The translations under genes were made by a program, and so were the position numbers. Below are positions 28,647-39,449 of a stretch of DNA of 64,000 bases, one piece after another; positions within the stretch are counted from its first letter, which is position 1, and each line of letters begins with the position of its first letter. The notes under the pieces were generated by a model. It worked only from the letters and a program-made list of their open reading frames with translations. It was not told the origin of the DNA and did not search any database. Location: contig OZ242220.1 of NCBI GenBank assembly GCA_965206745.1, positions 1,312,001-1,376,000 of the forward strand. The letters are read 5' to 3'. This DNA comes from Nitrosopumilus sp. GTDB lineage: Archaea; Thermoproteota; Nitrososphaeria; Nitrososphaerales; Nitrosopumilaceae.

Positions 28647-28982
28647 TCAGACGCCGAGAGTTTCAGCCTTACTTAGTTCTAAGAAGACCTTGTCTCCGAC
28701 TGAAAGGCCCATCTCCTTGTACTCGTGCATTTCAAGTTTTAATTGAGTGACACCAGATTGCGCACCCATTCCGCCCATGCCGGACATCATCTTGTTCAGG
28801 TCTTTCATCATGTCATTCATGTTTGAAAATCCCATTACCTTTGGGGTTCCAAATGGAGGCTGTTGGGTTTGGGTCCCCTCCTTTAGATCTTTTAAAGAGG
28901 ATAGCGAGACTACAACGTATGGCGCCGCATCAGGTGCAGAATCGATGCTTTTTACGACAAATTCTTTCTTCATGTGTGACAT
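28647..28982 (-). CDS. hypothetical protein, arcadin-1-like architecture
   Basis: Beta-rich termini (EFVVKSI; EYKEMGLSVGDKVFLEL) around a Met/Gly-rich helical insert. Confidence 0.65.
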   Translation of the reverse strand: MSHMKKEFVVKSIDSAPDAAPYVVVSLSSLKDLKEGTQTQQPPFGTPKVMGFSNMNDMMKDLNKMMSGMGGMGAQSGVTQLKLEMHEYKEMGLSVGDKVFLELSKAETLGV

Positions 28983-29077
28983 TGTATAGTGCTCAATATA
29001 ATTTTAATTTTAAGGTGAATTTGCACTAAATTCAGCAAATTTGAAGATTTAATTACAATTTTTAAGATCTTAAATCA

Positions 29078-29611
29078 TTGTCAGAGAATCTAAAAACGAC
29101 GTTACGGTATTACGGAATCTCGCCTTGGGAGATCGAGGTGCTGTATGGATTTCTAAATTCTCACTTTACCATAATTCAGGACGAGATAGAAGCAGACGAT
29201 GAAAATTTTGTCAGCTTCTTGGATATAGACATCCCACTTCAATTCAACGAGGAGTTTTTCCAGTGGTTTGATTTCAAGCGCTGGGAGAAGATCAAAGCAG
29301 TGTTCAAGGAAATGAAGAGGCGCAGGGGCAGCGGTAACGCATTAAAAATAGTGATTAATTTTTCTGGAAACCCGAAAATAATTTTCAGAATAGACATCGA
29401 GGATAAGCAATGGTTTGATAATGCATTAGAAAAAATGGATTTCGTTTTGGAATTGCTTCCATATCATCTAGATCCGAAAAAAATGCCATCAGATATTTCT
29501 GAAATCAGGTACAGGTTTGATTCAGAGTCAATCAGATGGCGTCTGGATACCGCATCATCTGAAGATAAAAAATACACGTTCGGCGGGGATTCATGGAATG
29601 AAATTACTTGA
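29078..29611 (+). CDS. conserved hypothetical protein
   Basis: 177-aa clean ORF. Confidence 0.78.
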   Translation: MSENLKTTLRYYGISPWEIEVLYGFLNSHFTIIQDEIEADDENFVSFLDIDIPLQFNEEFFQWFDFKRWEKIKAVFKEMKRRRGSGNALKIVINFSGNPKIIFRIDIEDKQWFDNALEKMDFVLELLPYHLDPKKMPSDISEIRYRFDSESIRWRLDTASSEDKKYTFGGDSWNEIT

Positions 29612-30044
29612 GATCTTTTTGTAATGGTTCTAGCAGCTCATGCAGTTCTTTGTATTTTGACTCTAAAAATTCTAAAGCATCAACAAGTTTTTTGGATTTT
29701 CCATATTTGTATCGAATCAACTCACGGTGATGCCAGTATGTTGTGCTCTCATCAACAGACAAGGTAGTAAAATAATCTGCTCCTTTCAAATTATCAGGAA
29801 GTTTTACATCATGAGGGAATAGCAGCTCCACAATGAACCACTCATCCCCATCAGGATAATCAGAACCAGTTTCCACATCAAAAAACACATGGAGCAGATC
29901 AGACTGCATTAGGCCGTCATCTGGAATAGAGGGATGCTTGACAGATGATTTTTTAAAATCAAGATTGAGCAGTTGGGGTTCAAAGAAACCCTTTATGATG
30001 GATTTTCGAAATATTTTATTTGCCTCGTTAATGTTCAAATGCAA
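29604..30044 (-). CDS. conserved hypothetical protein
   Basis: 146-aa clean ORF, convergent overlap with the previous gene. Confidence 0.75.
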   Translation of the reverse strand: MHLNINEANKIFRKSIIKGFFEPQLLNLDFKKSSVKHPSIPDDGLMQSDLLHVFFDVETGSDYPDGDEWFIVELLFPHDVKLPDNLKGADYFTTLSVDESTTYWHHRELIRYKYGKSKKLVDALEFLESKYKELHELLEPLQKDLK

Positions 30045-30298
30045 AATAGTATTCCACGAAACTTGCCTATAACTTCTTAGGTCTGACCTAGCACGGCGTC
30101 AGATCTGCAGGAATAAAGGCGCAACCCAGAGGGATCTGTCCAAGCCATTTTAGGACTCGGGGATGGTGTGGGCATCTGTATGATTTCTCAGTTTATAATT
30201 TTTGAGATGTTTATGCAATTGCAGAGTTGAATGTGGGATTTTTTGAATCAGAATAGGATCCGTATTTCAGGACCTCCAAGATTACAGAACCTGACAGA

Positions 30299-31261
30299 CT
30301 ATACCTCTAGAGAATCCAGAATTTTCGAAATATCAGTGTTTGAGTTGCCATTCTTTGAAATATTTTGTTTGGCAGGAGGATTTTCCAGATAGTTTGGAAT
30401 CTTGTCTTTTAATCTTTGAGTGTATGGGGAAATAAGCTCATTTTTGTAAAAAACGCCAATTGGGATTTTGTTTCCCCATTCAAGGGATTTAATCAGAGCT
30501 TGGGACAGTTTCTCATTGACCTCAACTTCAGAACCATAATGAACCAGGGGCTCATATCCATGCTCTTCGAGTTTGTAAATTCTAGAATGCCTTTTTTGGG
30601 CCTCGTCAACTAGATCAGTGCCGGCATACCAATCTCTAGTGTTAAGATCATTGTATGTCGGACAGGGCTGCAACACATCTAGAAATGAGAGGCCCTTGTG
30701 ATTGACAGCCTGAATGATCAAATCTTTGAGATGCCTAACATCATAGGAATATCCACGAGCTACGAATGTAAAACCACTTGCAATGGCCAATCCGATTGGA
30801 TTGACATTGGAATTCGTATTTGGGGAAGGCAGTGATTTTGTTTTTTCTCCCAACTTCAAAGTTGGGGATGCCTGACCCTTTGTCAAACCATAAACCCCGT
30901 TATCAAAAATAATATAGGTCATATCCACATTTCGCCTACCGGCAGCAACAAAATGTCCGGCACCAATTCCCAACCCATCACCATCTCCACCCACTGCAAC
31001 AACAGTTAGATCAGGATTTGCAATCTTTGCACCCTGAGCAAATGTCAAAACCCTTCCATGCAATGTGTGGACACCGTACGTGTTGATGTAGTGAGACGTT
31101 TTCCCAGAACAGCCGATTCCAGAAAACATTGCAGCCTTGTCTCGTTCAATGCCCATCTCTGCCAAGGCCATCTGAATTGCGTTGACTATTCCAAAATCCC
31201 CACATCCAGGACACCAGTCATTATGGACATCTGTCTTGTAATCAGCCAGTTTAAGCGCCAT
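30299..31261 (-). CDS. 2-oxoacid:ferredoxin oxidoreductase subunit beta
   Basis: [23 protein letters not shown] motif, [11 protein letters not shown]. Confidence 0.96.
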   Translation of the reverse strand: MALKLADYKTDVHNDWCPGCGDFGIVNAIQMALAEMGIERDKAAMFSGIGCSGKTSHYINTYGVHTLHGRVLTFAQGAKIANPDLTVVAVGGDGDGLGIGAGHFVAAGRRNVDMTYIIFDNGVYGLTKGQASPTLKLGEKTKSLPSPNTNSNVNPIGLAIASGFTFVARGYSYDVRHLKDLIIQAVNHKGLSFLDVLQPCPTYNDLNTRDWYAGTDLVDEAQKRHSRIYKLEEHGYEPLVHYGSEVEVNEKLSQALIKSLEWGNKIPIGVFYKNELISPYTQRLKDKIPNYLENPPAKQNISKNGNSNTDISKILDSLEV

Positions 31262-33161
31262 GCATTAGAACCTCCCGTTTGTCTGCCTTGTTCTGAACAA
31301 TTTTCTTGAGTGAATCATAAACCTCGGTACTAGTCATAGCCCGTCCGGTATATTTTAAGATAAAGTAGTCAACATCATGGTCAGTGTTTTGTTTGAAGAG
31401 TTTGCCTAGCTGTCCAGAATGATTTGCCTCAATATCAATAATCGTCTTTGCGTCTTTTAGCAGAAAATTAACATAATCACTTGGAAACGGATGCAGTAAC
31501 TTTAACTGAATAAACCCTATAGAGATTCCTTCTTTTTTGAGCATCTCTAGCGCATCAAGTATGGGGCCCTTTGCAGACCCCCAGGAGATTATGGTGTATG
31601 GTTTGACACCAAAGGATTTTACTTGCTCATCATTAGGAATCATTTTTAGAATCAAATCCAGGCGGGACATTCTCTTATCCATCATTTTTACGCGTAAAAT
31701 AGGATCCTCAGTAATATGGCCATATTCGTCAGACTCGTCCCCAGTATTCCAAAAGATGCCATTGTCAATTCCCAATCGTGAACGAGGGGATATTCCATCG
31801 TCTGTAAACTCAAATCTCCTATACCCATCATCCACGTTTTCCAAGAGTTTTCCCCTGTTGATCGAGATTCTTTGTGGATCAAATCTCCCACACGTAATCA
31901 CAGAACTAGCATGAAACTTGTCCATAAGATGAATCAATGGAACCTGGAAGATATCGGCATAGTTAAAGCAGTTGCCAGTATCATAGAAACTCTCTTCAAT
32001 ATCTCCAGAGGCATAGACAATTTTTGGGAAATCTCCATGTCCGGCATATACTGCAAAGAGCAGATCATCCTGTCCATGTCTAGTGGGAAGACCCGTAGAT
32101 GGCCCGCTCCTTTGATAATTGGTAATTACAATAGGAACCTCATTTATCCCTGCCCACCCTAGCATCTCAGTCATCAATGCAAATCCGGGGCCGGATGTAC
32201 AAGTTGCCGAGCGAGTGCCAGTCAAAGCGCCACCGATAGTCATGCCCATTGCGCTAATTTCATCTTCTGTTTGAATCACGGCAGTGGAGCCTGGCCTGTC
32301 ATCGGCAATTTCTAAAATTTCATTTGATTCAAGAAATACCGATTCGTCAGATGCAGGAGTTATCGGATAGTAAGGCTGGAACCTGCAACCGCATGCCATT
32401 TTTCCAAGAGCTGTTCCATGAAAGCCCTGAACCAGCATGGTTGCTGACTCTTTTTCTGTTCCAGATAAGACATGATCAAAGTTCTCAAATTTCGCTGTTG
32501 CATAGTTGTAGGAATAATTTGCAGTCTGTAGATTTATTTTTGCAATCTCGGGCTTTTTTGAAAATATTGATTCGATGGTTTTCTGCAAAGAGTCAGTGGG
32601 CATTTTAACCAGTCCCAAAGACAAAGACACGCTAATCACATTGTACATCCTGACTAACCCCTTCAGACGTGGATTGTCAGTTTCCTCAGAAAGGGTTTCA
32701 AGGATGGACTTGAAGGATGCCGGAAAAAGGTTTACGCCGTTGTCTTTTGCAATTTCCAAAACACCTGCCACGGTAAACGGTTTGTTTTTTAATTCAAGCT
32801 CTTTATGCAATCTCTCTTTAAATGGGGCATCAAGCGTGCGTACAGAATCCGTCTTGATTCCTGCCAGATCAGAATCATAGATTATCCCTCCATTAGATAC
32901 CACTTCATCATAATGACGAAATATTGTTTCAGCGTCAAATGATGCCATGAGGTTCACATCATTAACGTTAGAGTGAATTTTCTTATCAGCAACTCTAACG
33001 GTAAAGTAACTATGCTCCCCTTTGATATTAGAGTAAAACTCCCGTTTGCCAAATATCTGGTATCCCATTTCAGCGCAGACCTTTGAGAAGATGTTTGCCC
33101 CAGACTCAACACCGCTGCCTTGCGGGCCTCCAATCAGCCAGGTAAAATCAGTGGAATTCAT
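31251..33161 (-). CDS. 2-oxoacid:ferredoxin oxidoreductase subunit alpha (fused gamma)
   Basis: [34 protein letters not shown]. Confidence 0.96.
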   Translation of the reverse strand: MNSTDFTWLIGGPQGSGVESGANIFSKVCAEMGYQIFGKREFYSNIKGEHSYFTVRVADKKIHSNVNDVNLMASFDAETIFRHYDEVVSNGGIIYDSDLAGIKTDSVRTLDAPFKERLHKELELKNKPFTVAGVLEIAKDNGVNLFPASFKSILETLSEETDNPRLKGLVRMYNVISVSLSLGLVKMPTDSLQKTIESIFSKKPEIAKINLQTANYSYNYATAKFENFDHVLSGTEKESATMLVQGFHGTALGKMACGCRFQPYYPITPASDESVFLESNEILEIADDRPGSTAVIQTEDEISAMGMTIGGALTGTRSATCTSGPGFALMTEMLGWAGINEVPIVITNYQRSGPSTGLPTRHGQDDLLFAVYAGHGDFPKIVYASGDIEESFYDTGNCFNYADIFQVPLIHLMDKFHASSVITCGRFDPQRISINRGKLLENVDDGYRRFEFTDDGISPRSRLGIDNGIFWNTGDESDEYGHITEDPILRVKMMDKRMSRLDLILKMIPNDEQVKSFGVKPYTIISWGSAKGPILDALEMLKKEGISIGFIQLKLLHPFPSDYVNFLLKDAKTIIDIEANHSGQLGKLFKQNTDHDVDYFILKYTGRAMTSTEVYDSLKKIVQNKADKREVLMHGA

Positions 33162-33200
33162 GACAGATTACCTCTATTTTGAACTATAGCCATCACATGA

Positions 33201-33338
33201 TCAACCCCCGGTTGCCGCATCAAACAAGGCACATTCACATTTATCACGTTCGCCACAATACGGACATACACAAACGCATTTTTCGATCGAATTTCCACAT
33301 TCCACACAGATAGCAAATTCTTCGACTTCAGAAGACAT
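33201..33338 (-). CDS. 45-aa cysteine-rich microprotein
   Basis: MSSEVEEFAICVECGNSIEKCVCVCPYCGERDKCECALFDAATGG, 8 Cys. Confidence 0.75.
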   Translation of the reverse strand: MSSEVEEFAICVECGNSIEKCVCVCPYCGERDKCECALFDAATGG

Positions 33339-33389
33339 AGATAGACTACAAAGAAATCGTATAAATGGTTTGAGTTTGGCATCAAGACT

Positions 33390-34358
33390 ATGAAGAAGAA
33401 AATTTTCCTTACACGTACTTTGCACGATTTTGCACTAAAAGAGTTAAGGAAAAAGTACCAAATTGAAGTTCATTCAGGAAAGATTCCAATCCCGAAAACA
33501 AAGTTGCGATCAAAGATTAGAGAGGCAGACGGGTTAATCTGTTATCCATACGATGTTATCGACAAAGAGATGATTGATCAAGGCAAAAATCTCAAAGTCA
33601 TTAGTACGTATAGTGTAGGTTTTGATCATATTGATATCAAATATGCCAAAAAGAAAAAGATCCGTGTGGGCTACACCCCAGAGATATTAACAGATGCAAC
33701 CGCAGATATGGCCTTTGCGTTGTTGCTAAACGTATCTAGAAGAATTGTCGAGGGAGACAGAATTATTAGAAAAGGGGAATGGAGAAAGATCTATGGCGCG
33801 TTTGATTATGTCGGAGCAGATCTGCAGGGAAGAACAATTGGCATTCTAGGTCTAGGCAGAATAGGCAGCACGCTGGCCAAAAGAGCAAAGGCATTTGACA
33901 TGAATATAATTTATCACAACAGAAAACGAGTTACAAAATCCAAAGAACAATCCCTAAATGCAAAATATGTGACATTTGAAAAGCTAATCACCAAAAGTGA
34001 TTTTCTTTCCATACATGTGCCCCATACAGAAGAAACAGACAAGCTGTTGAACATGAAGATTTTTAGAAAGATGAAGAGATCATCATTTTTAATCAACACG
34101 TCAAGGGGAAAAGTGGTAAATGAGGAGGATCTTGCAATAGCATTAAAGAAAAAAATTATCGCAGGCGCAGCTCTGGATGTATTTGATGAGGAGCCGATCA
34201 AAAAAAATCACCCATTGGTAAAATTGCCAAATACCGTCCTTGCCCCTCATATTGGTAGCTCAACTGAGGAGACGAGAATCAAAATGTCAGAAATGGCCGT
34301 GAAAAATTTGAATTTGGGGATCAACGGAAAAAGGCCAATCTATTCAGTAGGATATTGA
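33390..34358 (+). CDS. D-isomer specific 2-hydroxyacid dehydrogenase (glyoxylate reductase-like)
   Basis: GLGRIG, LINTSRG, ALDVF..EP, APHIGS. Confidence 0.93.
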   Translation: MKKKIFLTRTLHDFALKELRKKYQIEVHSGKIPIPKTKLRSKIREADGLICYPYDVIDKEMIDQGKNLKVISTYSVGFDHIDIKYAKKKKIRVGYTPEILTDATADMAFALLLNVSRRIVEGDRIIRKGEWRKIYGAFDYVGADLQGRTIGILGLGRIGSTLAKRAKAFDMNIIYHNRKRVTKSKEQSLNAKYVTFEKLITKSDFLSIHVPHTEETDKLLNMKIFRKMKRSSFLINTSRGKVVNEEDLAIALKKKIIAGAALDVFDEEPIKKNHPLVKLPNTVLAPHIGSSTEETRIKMSEMAVKNLNLGINGKRPIYSVGY

Positions 34359-34554
34359 TTTTCACGCATGGCTTGGAATCTCATCAAATGTTGAGTTTTT
34401 ATATCTAGATCATAATCCAAAATCAGATTGAAAAAATTCAAACACACAAACGAAGAATTAGAATTAGCTAAACTACAATCTGAAAAAGAGAAGAAGGAAA
34501 AAGAATCTAAAGAATAGTATCTTTTCTCCTTGTCTTTTTCAGGCAAGGTTTTTT

Positions 34555-34929
34555 TTAAAATCTAACTTCAGAGGTGAATTTTTGGTTCAGTTGTTCAAAG
34601 AGGTCTTTTCTTTCAGCAATCAACTCTTTGGAATCGTCATACATTTTTGTAAAGAATGCCGCAAGAACGCGTTGATCACTTTGATCAAATAGTCTAACAC
34701 TAAAACTGATTCTGTCAGGTCTTTGCTCTTGAATGAATTTGGCACATTTTATCAACTCTGAATTGATGTGCATGTGAGCTGGGCCGTCATTATCGCCGAT
34801 GGTAATCCACTTGTCCTTTTGCCTGATGCCAAGGGAATTGCTCCTGATCTCACCAGTGATGCCATTATTTTTTATGATGAACAAAACATCCTCAATTTTT
34901 ACCAAGTCAGATAACAGTTCTAAAAGCAT
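34555..34929 (-). CDS. ChuX/HutX-like heme-utilisation family protein
   Basis: VLFIIKNNG...AHMHIN...SFSVRLFD...VLAAFF pattern. Confidence 0.7.
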   Translation of the reverse strand: MLLELLSDLVKIEDVLFIIKNNGITGEIRSNSLGIRQKDKWITIGDNDGPAHMHINSELIKCAKFIQEQRPDRISFSVRLFDQSDQRVLAAFFTKMYDDSKELIAERKDLFEQLNQKFTSEVRF

Positions 34930-34954
34930 GATAGTTCTTGAAAGCAAAGTTATT

Positions 34955-35236
34955 TCAGTTTTTGGAGCGATTCATGTCAATCTGAACAAAATCATCAACG
35001 TCACCGTGAACGCAGTCAGTTCCAACTGCTTTTACTGGTGAAAAGATAACCTTTCCTTCATGCATTCTGCCCTCATTTTGTAAGATGCCTACTTTGCCTG
35101 AAACTATTTGCTTGTGCTTTTGGCATGTGACTCCGACCATATACTCATCATTTCCAGAAACAACAGAGACGATAAATTCTGGGGGATTCACACACTGCTT
35201 TCCCTCCTCCATTACTGAGCATTTGTCAGGCAACAT
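34955..35236 (-). CDS. conserved hypothetical protein with Cys/His motif
   Basis: C-x8-C...C-x2-H. Confidence 0.75.
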   Translation of the reverse strand: MLPDKCSVMEEGKQCVNPPEFIVSVVSGNDEYMVGVTCQKHKQIVSGKVGILQNEGRMHEGKVIFSPVKAVGTDCVHGDVDDFVQIDMNRSKN

Positions 35237-35323
35237 GGTTTGACTTGAAATTTTATCGGATATTAATCTTGACTGCATGGATTCAATTTATTATCAACTA
35301 AATTAAATAAAGATTGAAAGTTA

Positions 35324-36631
35324 TTGGTACAGAATTTTGACGTGGTGGTTATCGGCGGAGGCATCCTTGGAACCACAATCTCATATTTTTTATCATTTCT
35401 CAATAAATCAAAAAAAATAGCAGTCATAGAGCAAGCTCATAATGTCGCATTCCATACAAGTGGAAGAAACACGGGAAAAGTTCATGCCCCGTATCTGTAT
35501 GATCCCGGAAAGAAAAAATTGTTTGCAAAGTCAGCTTTTCAGGGTTACCAGATGTGGGAGACGTATGCAGAACTGAAAAAACTGCCATTTAAAAAAGACG
35601 GGGTTATAGAAGTCGCTTTGGATGAAAAAGAGATCAGCGTTCTTGAAAAATATCTCAAATGGGGAAAACAGAACGGATTGGAAGATGCAGACATTAAATT
35701 GTTGGACAAAGGTGAACTAAAAAAGATCGAGCCAGAAATAAAATGCGAGTCAGCATTATGCGTCTACAAAGACGCATCCACGGATTATTCGTTACTCACA
35801 AATTCAATAATGAATGACAGCAAGGAAAACGGCACAGTGTTTTTGCTGGATTCAAGAGCTACGAAGATGATAAAAGGGAAAGAAGGGTGGGCAATCACAT
35901 TAAATGGCAAAGATGAGATTCATGCGAAATTTTTAATCAATGCGGCAGGAGGAGAAGCAGTAGACATTGCACACGGTGTTGGGATGGCAAAAGGGTTTAC
36001 GGACGTGCATTTTAGGGGGGAATATTGGAAGGTTCCTAAACAGTACAGCGGCCTTACAAAATCTAGCGTATATTCTGTTCCTGAATTTCCAGAATATCCG
36101 TTCCTAGATCCGCACTGGATTCTCAGGTCAGACGGGAGTTGTGAAATAGGACCCAACGCCGTACCAGTTTTTAGCCCGTACGGATACGGCACATTAGAAA
36201 ATATCAAAGAATTCATTCCAAAAGTACTAGAGATGTTAAGTTCGGGAGCAAGAAAAACAATGTTTGATAGACAGTTTCAAGATCTTGCAATCAATGAAGT
36301 GAAATCATCAATGTCAAAAACAGCAATGGTGAACAGGGTGAAAAAATTCCTGCCAAAGATAGATGCAAGCAAAATAACTCAAAAGGGCACAGCAGGGATA
36401 AGATCATCAGTCATTGATGAGGGTGGAAGATTCGTACCGGATGTGATTCAGGTAGAAGATGAGGCATCATTTCACATTTTAAATTACAATTCTCCAGGAG
36501 CTACAGGCGTTTTGCCATTTTCAGCACACATTGTAAACCATCTAAATGAGAAAGGGCTATTTATTAGCAAAGAACTCCAAGCAGATTGCGGCCCATGGAA
36601 ATTCAGCGAGATTATAGAAAAAATACAATAA
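35324..36631 (+). CDS. FAD-dependent oxidoreductase (L-2-hydroxyglutarate oxidase-like)
   Basis: IGGGILG, HTSGRNTGKVH, INAAG, FRGEY, GPNA, SPGAT. Confidence 0.9.
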   Translation: MVQNFDVVVIGGGILGTTISYFLSFLNKSKKIAVIEQAHNVAFHTSGRNTGKVHAPYLYDPGKKKLFAKSAFQGYQMWETYAELKKLPFKKDGVIEVALDEKEISVLEKYLKWGKQNGLEDADIKLLDKGELKKIEPEIKCESALCVYKDASTDYSLLTNSIMNDSKENGTVFLLDSRATKMIKGKEGWAITLNGKDEIHAKFLINAAGGEAVDIAHGVGMAKGFTDVHFRGEYWKVPKQYSGLTKSSVYSVPEFPEYPFLDPHWILRSDGSCEIGPNAVPVFSPYGYGTLENIKEFIPKVLEMLSSGARKTMFDRQFQDLAINEVKSSMSKTAMVNRVKKFLPKIDASKITQKGTAGIRSSVIDEGGRFVPDVIQVEDEASFHILNYNSPGATGVLPFSAHIVNHLNEKGLFISKELQADCGPWKFSEIIEKIQ

Positions 36632-36660
36632 TCAACCAAGATCTAAAAAGCGACTAAATG

Positions 36661-37719
36661 CTATTTTATTTTATATCTGAGAATTGCCAAAACAGAATTA
36701 TGAATGTCTAATTTTTTAATAATATTTGGGGCGACTGCAAATTCTATTCTGGAAGAGGTATTTTTTGCGATTTCAAGCATCTTTATTATTTTTTTGAATT
36801 GTGGATTTGTGTGGTAATTTGCAGACACAATCAATGTATCTACAGCCCCCATCTCCAATGCCTTGTATATGACATCGTTTCTTTTAGCAGTTAATCCATC
36901 CTTGAATAATTTTTCATACTTTTCAAGTAATTCCACCATATGCTTTCTCCTATGCTGGTACAGATGACGGATTATCCTCTCATGAATTTGACTAATCGAG
37001 GTTGAGAAGGACAAGTTTTCTACAAATCTGCATTTATTCATCAATTCCGAATCAAGCACGTCAAAAAATTCTGTTTTTGCATGGCCAGTCCCGCCCAATA
37101 AGAGCAACTCAGAGTTTGAATCCATGGTTTTTACTTTCTTTGCCACTTTCTTAAAGAAGACATGGATTTTTGTTTGCCTTGCCCGCAAGAACCGTCCCTG
37201 ACTCTGCCCCCCTTTTCTATGTCTTCCCTGCAAGTCAATTCGAAGTTTGGCTTCTTGTAATATTTGATTGCCATGGAATTTCTGTATTCTTGCAGTTTTT
37301 TGATCAAGCGTAACTAATAGCACATCATAACTGGTTTTGAGTATGTCGCCAAACGGTTTGATGTATGGTTTTTTACTTACCATGTAGATGTAGGGGAGCT
37401 TTTTTGATGTTCCAATCTCTTTAACGATTATCTTGCCATTAGATATCCACCCAAAGATACAAAGAGTTTTGGTGAATCGCCCAACAGATGACGGATTGCT
37501 TTTCAGATGTGTGATTCTTTTTTGAATTTTTAATTTAATCTTCTCAATTGCCTCGTTTCGCTTATTTTCAGTCAGTAATGAAATGGTTTGATCCCCCTTG
37601 CCGTAAGGATAGTAGACAGATACACATTGGAGGTTAATCTGCTTTAAATCATGGAGAAACTGATTTAGGGATAGCCATTCGGAGGAAGAGATTTCAGAGG
37701 GTTCCAGAGTATTCAACAA
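36661..37719 (-). CDS. aeRF1-family peptide-chain release factor paralog (baeRF-type)
   Basis: GRHRKGGQSQGRF GGQ loop, ALEMGAVDTLIVS, AILRY C-terminus; divergent N-domain without NIKS. Confidence 0.8.
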   Translation of the reverse strand: MLNTLEPSEISSSEWLSLNQFLHDLKQINLQCVSVYYPYGKGDQTISLLTENKRNEAIEKIKLKIQKRITHLKSNPSSVGRFTKTLCIFGWISNGKIIVKEIGTSKKLPYIYMVSKKPYIKPFGDILKTSYDVLLVTLDQKTARIQKFHGNQILQEAKLRIDLQGRHRKGGQSQGRFLRARQTKIHVFFKKVAKKVKTMDSNSELLLLGGTGHAKTEFFDVLDSELMNKCRFVENLSFSTSISQIHERIIRHLYQHRRKHMVELLEKYEKLFKDGLTAKRNDVIYKALEMGAVDTLIVSANYHTNPQFKKIIKMLEIAKNTSSRIEFAVAPNIIKKLDIHNSVLAILRYKIK

Positions 37720-38178
37720 TTGGGATCCAAAGTATTCATATAAAATTCAGCTCCAAGATTGATGTGCCTAGAGGACAGTTTGCCAGATTACAGAGACATT
37801 CCAACTAAGGATCAGGCACGGCTTTAGGTGACTTCAGATTGGAGGCAGGGAATTATTTTACATGAAAGGATTATTTTTTTCAAAAATGATGAGTTTGTAC
37901 AAAGGTGATGTTTTATCAATCTGCAGAAAACCATGCTCTGGTAAGTTGGCGTGTGGTTTCACCCCACTGGTAAGTGTGTTTTCAGCATATGACTATGAAT
38001 GTGTGAGATGAAATACGGATCTTGTTCTGATTCAAAAAATATCTCATTCAGTTCTGCAATAGCAGAGACATCTCAAAAATTATAAAGTGAGAAACCATAC
38101 CGATGCCATACCCGGATTATGCAATAGAAATACGCTGTTGATAACCTTTTTTTATTTCTGATACAAATAAATCATAAA

Positions 38179-38622
38179 ATGCTGCCTATAACATATTGGA
38201 TATCAATTGCAATCATCATTTTGACGTCTCCCTATGTTTGGGCTTCATTTGCACCCTATACTGCATTCTGGTTCCGAGTTACACCAATTAATCTTTCTGT
38301 CGCATGTATTATTTTATTATTACTGCCAAATTATAAAATGATACCTAAAATATATCGGATATCAATTGCAATCATCATTTTTATGTTACCCTATGTCTGC
38401 CTTTGGGTTTGGACTCCACATGCACCCGCCATTGTACACTGGTTCCTAAATATACCAATTCATATTTTTGGTGCATGTGTTATTTTATTATCACTAACAA
38501 AATTTTCTAGAACTAGAACAATTATAGTTGCAACAATTATTGCTTCCATTATTCCTGTTTCTCTTTCTGTTATGTTTGGGTGGTTATACTCTATCTTCAA
38601 AATTTTACCAAATGTTTGGTAG
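38179..38622 (+). CDS. small integral membrane protein with a 53-aa internal tandem duplication
   Basis: About five hydrophobic segments; 25-nt identical blocks at 38198-38222 and 38357-38381. Confidence 0.6.
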   Translation: MLPITYWISIAIIILTSPYVWASFAPYTAFWFRVTPINLSVACIILLLLPNYKMIPKIYRISIAIIIFMLPYVCLWVWTPHAPAIVHWFLNIPIHIFGACVILLSLTKFSRTRTIIVATIIASIIPVSLSVMFGWLYSIFKILPNVW

Positions 38623-38819
38623 AGGTTTGAATCAAATCCTCAAAAAAATAAATGTATATTTTTGACATGGAATGATCCGAGGATCGAATCAAGTATAATC
38701 CTGAAATCACGTTACAGAATATCGTCTGGATGTTTGATTTTGGTGGTTTTTGGGCAGTCAGATCTCCAAAACTTTGTCCCGTCACACTGCATCCCAGAGG
38801 ATACAAGCTAAAAATACAG

Positions 38820-38917
38820 CGCCGGGAGGGAGATTTGAACTCCCGTTCCCTTGCGAGAACGCGCTTTATGGTTAATCATTTCCAGGCGCGCGCCCTACCA
38901 GGCTAGGCGACCCCGGC
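38820..38917 (-). tRNA. tRNA-Ser (GGA) with 14-nt intron at 37/38 (38866-38879)
   Basis: GCCGGGG 5' end, CGCGC-CT-GGA-A-[intron]-A-GCGCG, long variable arm, GTTCAAATC T-loop. Confidence 0.93.
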
Positions 38918-38976
38918 ACAAGTCTTGCGACATTGATGTTCTGTAAAATGTGATTATAAATTATGTTACTGCAAAT

Positions 38977-39423
38977 CTACTTCCAAATAGTAACGGTGGT
39001 TGATTTTTCCACATTATTTCCTTCATTATCAATCCCCTTGGCAGATATTTTGTAAAGACCTTCCAGAGCTGCATCACCATCATTCTTTATTTGGTTCCAT
39101 GAAAGATCAACTTCATCACCAGGATCAAGAGTTGAAGGTGTTCCTACTGCATCAGGGGAGAACATCAAAATCCCAGACAATCCGGTAATTTGAAGACCGT
39201 AGGAATCATCAAAAAAAGTCAGAGGAACAGTTCCAGAATTCACAATCTGAATAACTACTTCCTCACCCCTTTTAAAATCAAATTTTTCAGTAACCACAGA
39301 AATCGAAGAGCCCTCAACGAAAATCAATTGGCTGGTATTTTTAACATCAATTAGATACATGCCAAAAGCAAGCCCAGCGACCACGCCAATTCCAATAAAG
39401 AGTACAAGACTTTTTGCCAACAA
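38977..39423 (-). CDS. membrane-anchored hypothetical protein with Ig-like domain
   Basis: N-terminal TM helix; GEEV.I.IVNSG, LDPGDEV..SWNQ, GLYKI. Confidence 0.78.
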   Translation of the reverse strand: MLAKSLVLFIGIGVVAGLAFGMYLIDVKNTSQLIFVEGSSISVVTEKFDFKRGEEVVIQIVNSGTVPLTFFDDSYGLQITGLSGILMFSPDAVGTPSTLDPGDEVDLSWNQIKNDGDAALEGLYKISAKGIDNEGNNVEKSTTVTIWK

Positions 39424-39449
39424 TTTCTTTCAAAATGATTCTTGTTTTT

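Noticed and set aside
30045-30298. Intergenic stretch with a small hairpin (TCTGAC...GTCAGA) as an ncRNA
   Set aside because: Only a 6-bp stem and no recognisable RNA family features.
34428-34517. 29-aa charged ORF MKKFKHTNEELELAKLQSEKEKKEKESKE
   Set aside because: Too short and low-complexity to support; possibly a gene remnant.
37720-38820. Integrated element at tRNA-Ser
   Set aside because: No duplicated tRNA 3' end, integrase or transposase seen; only a small accessory gene.
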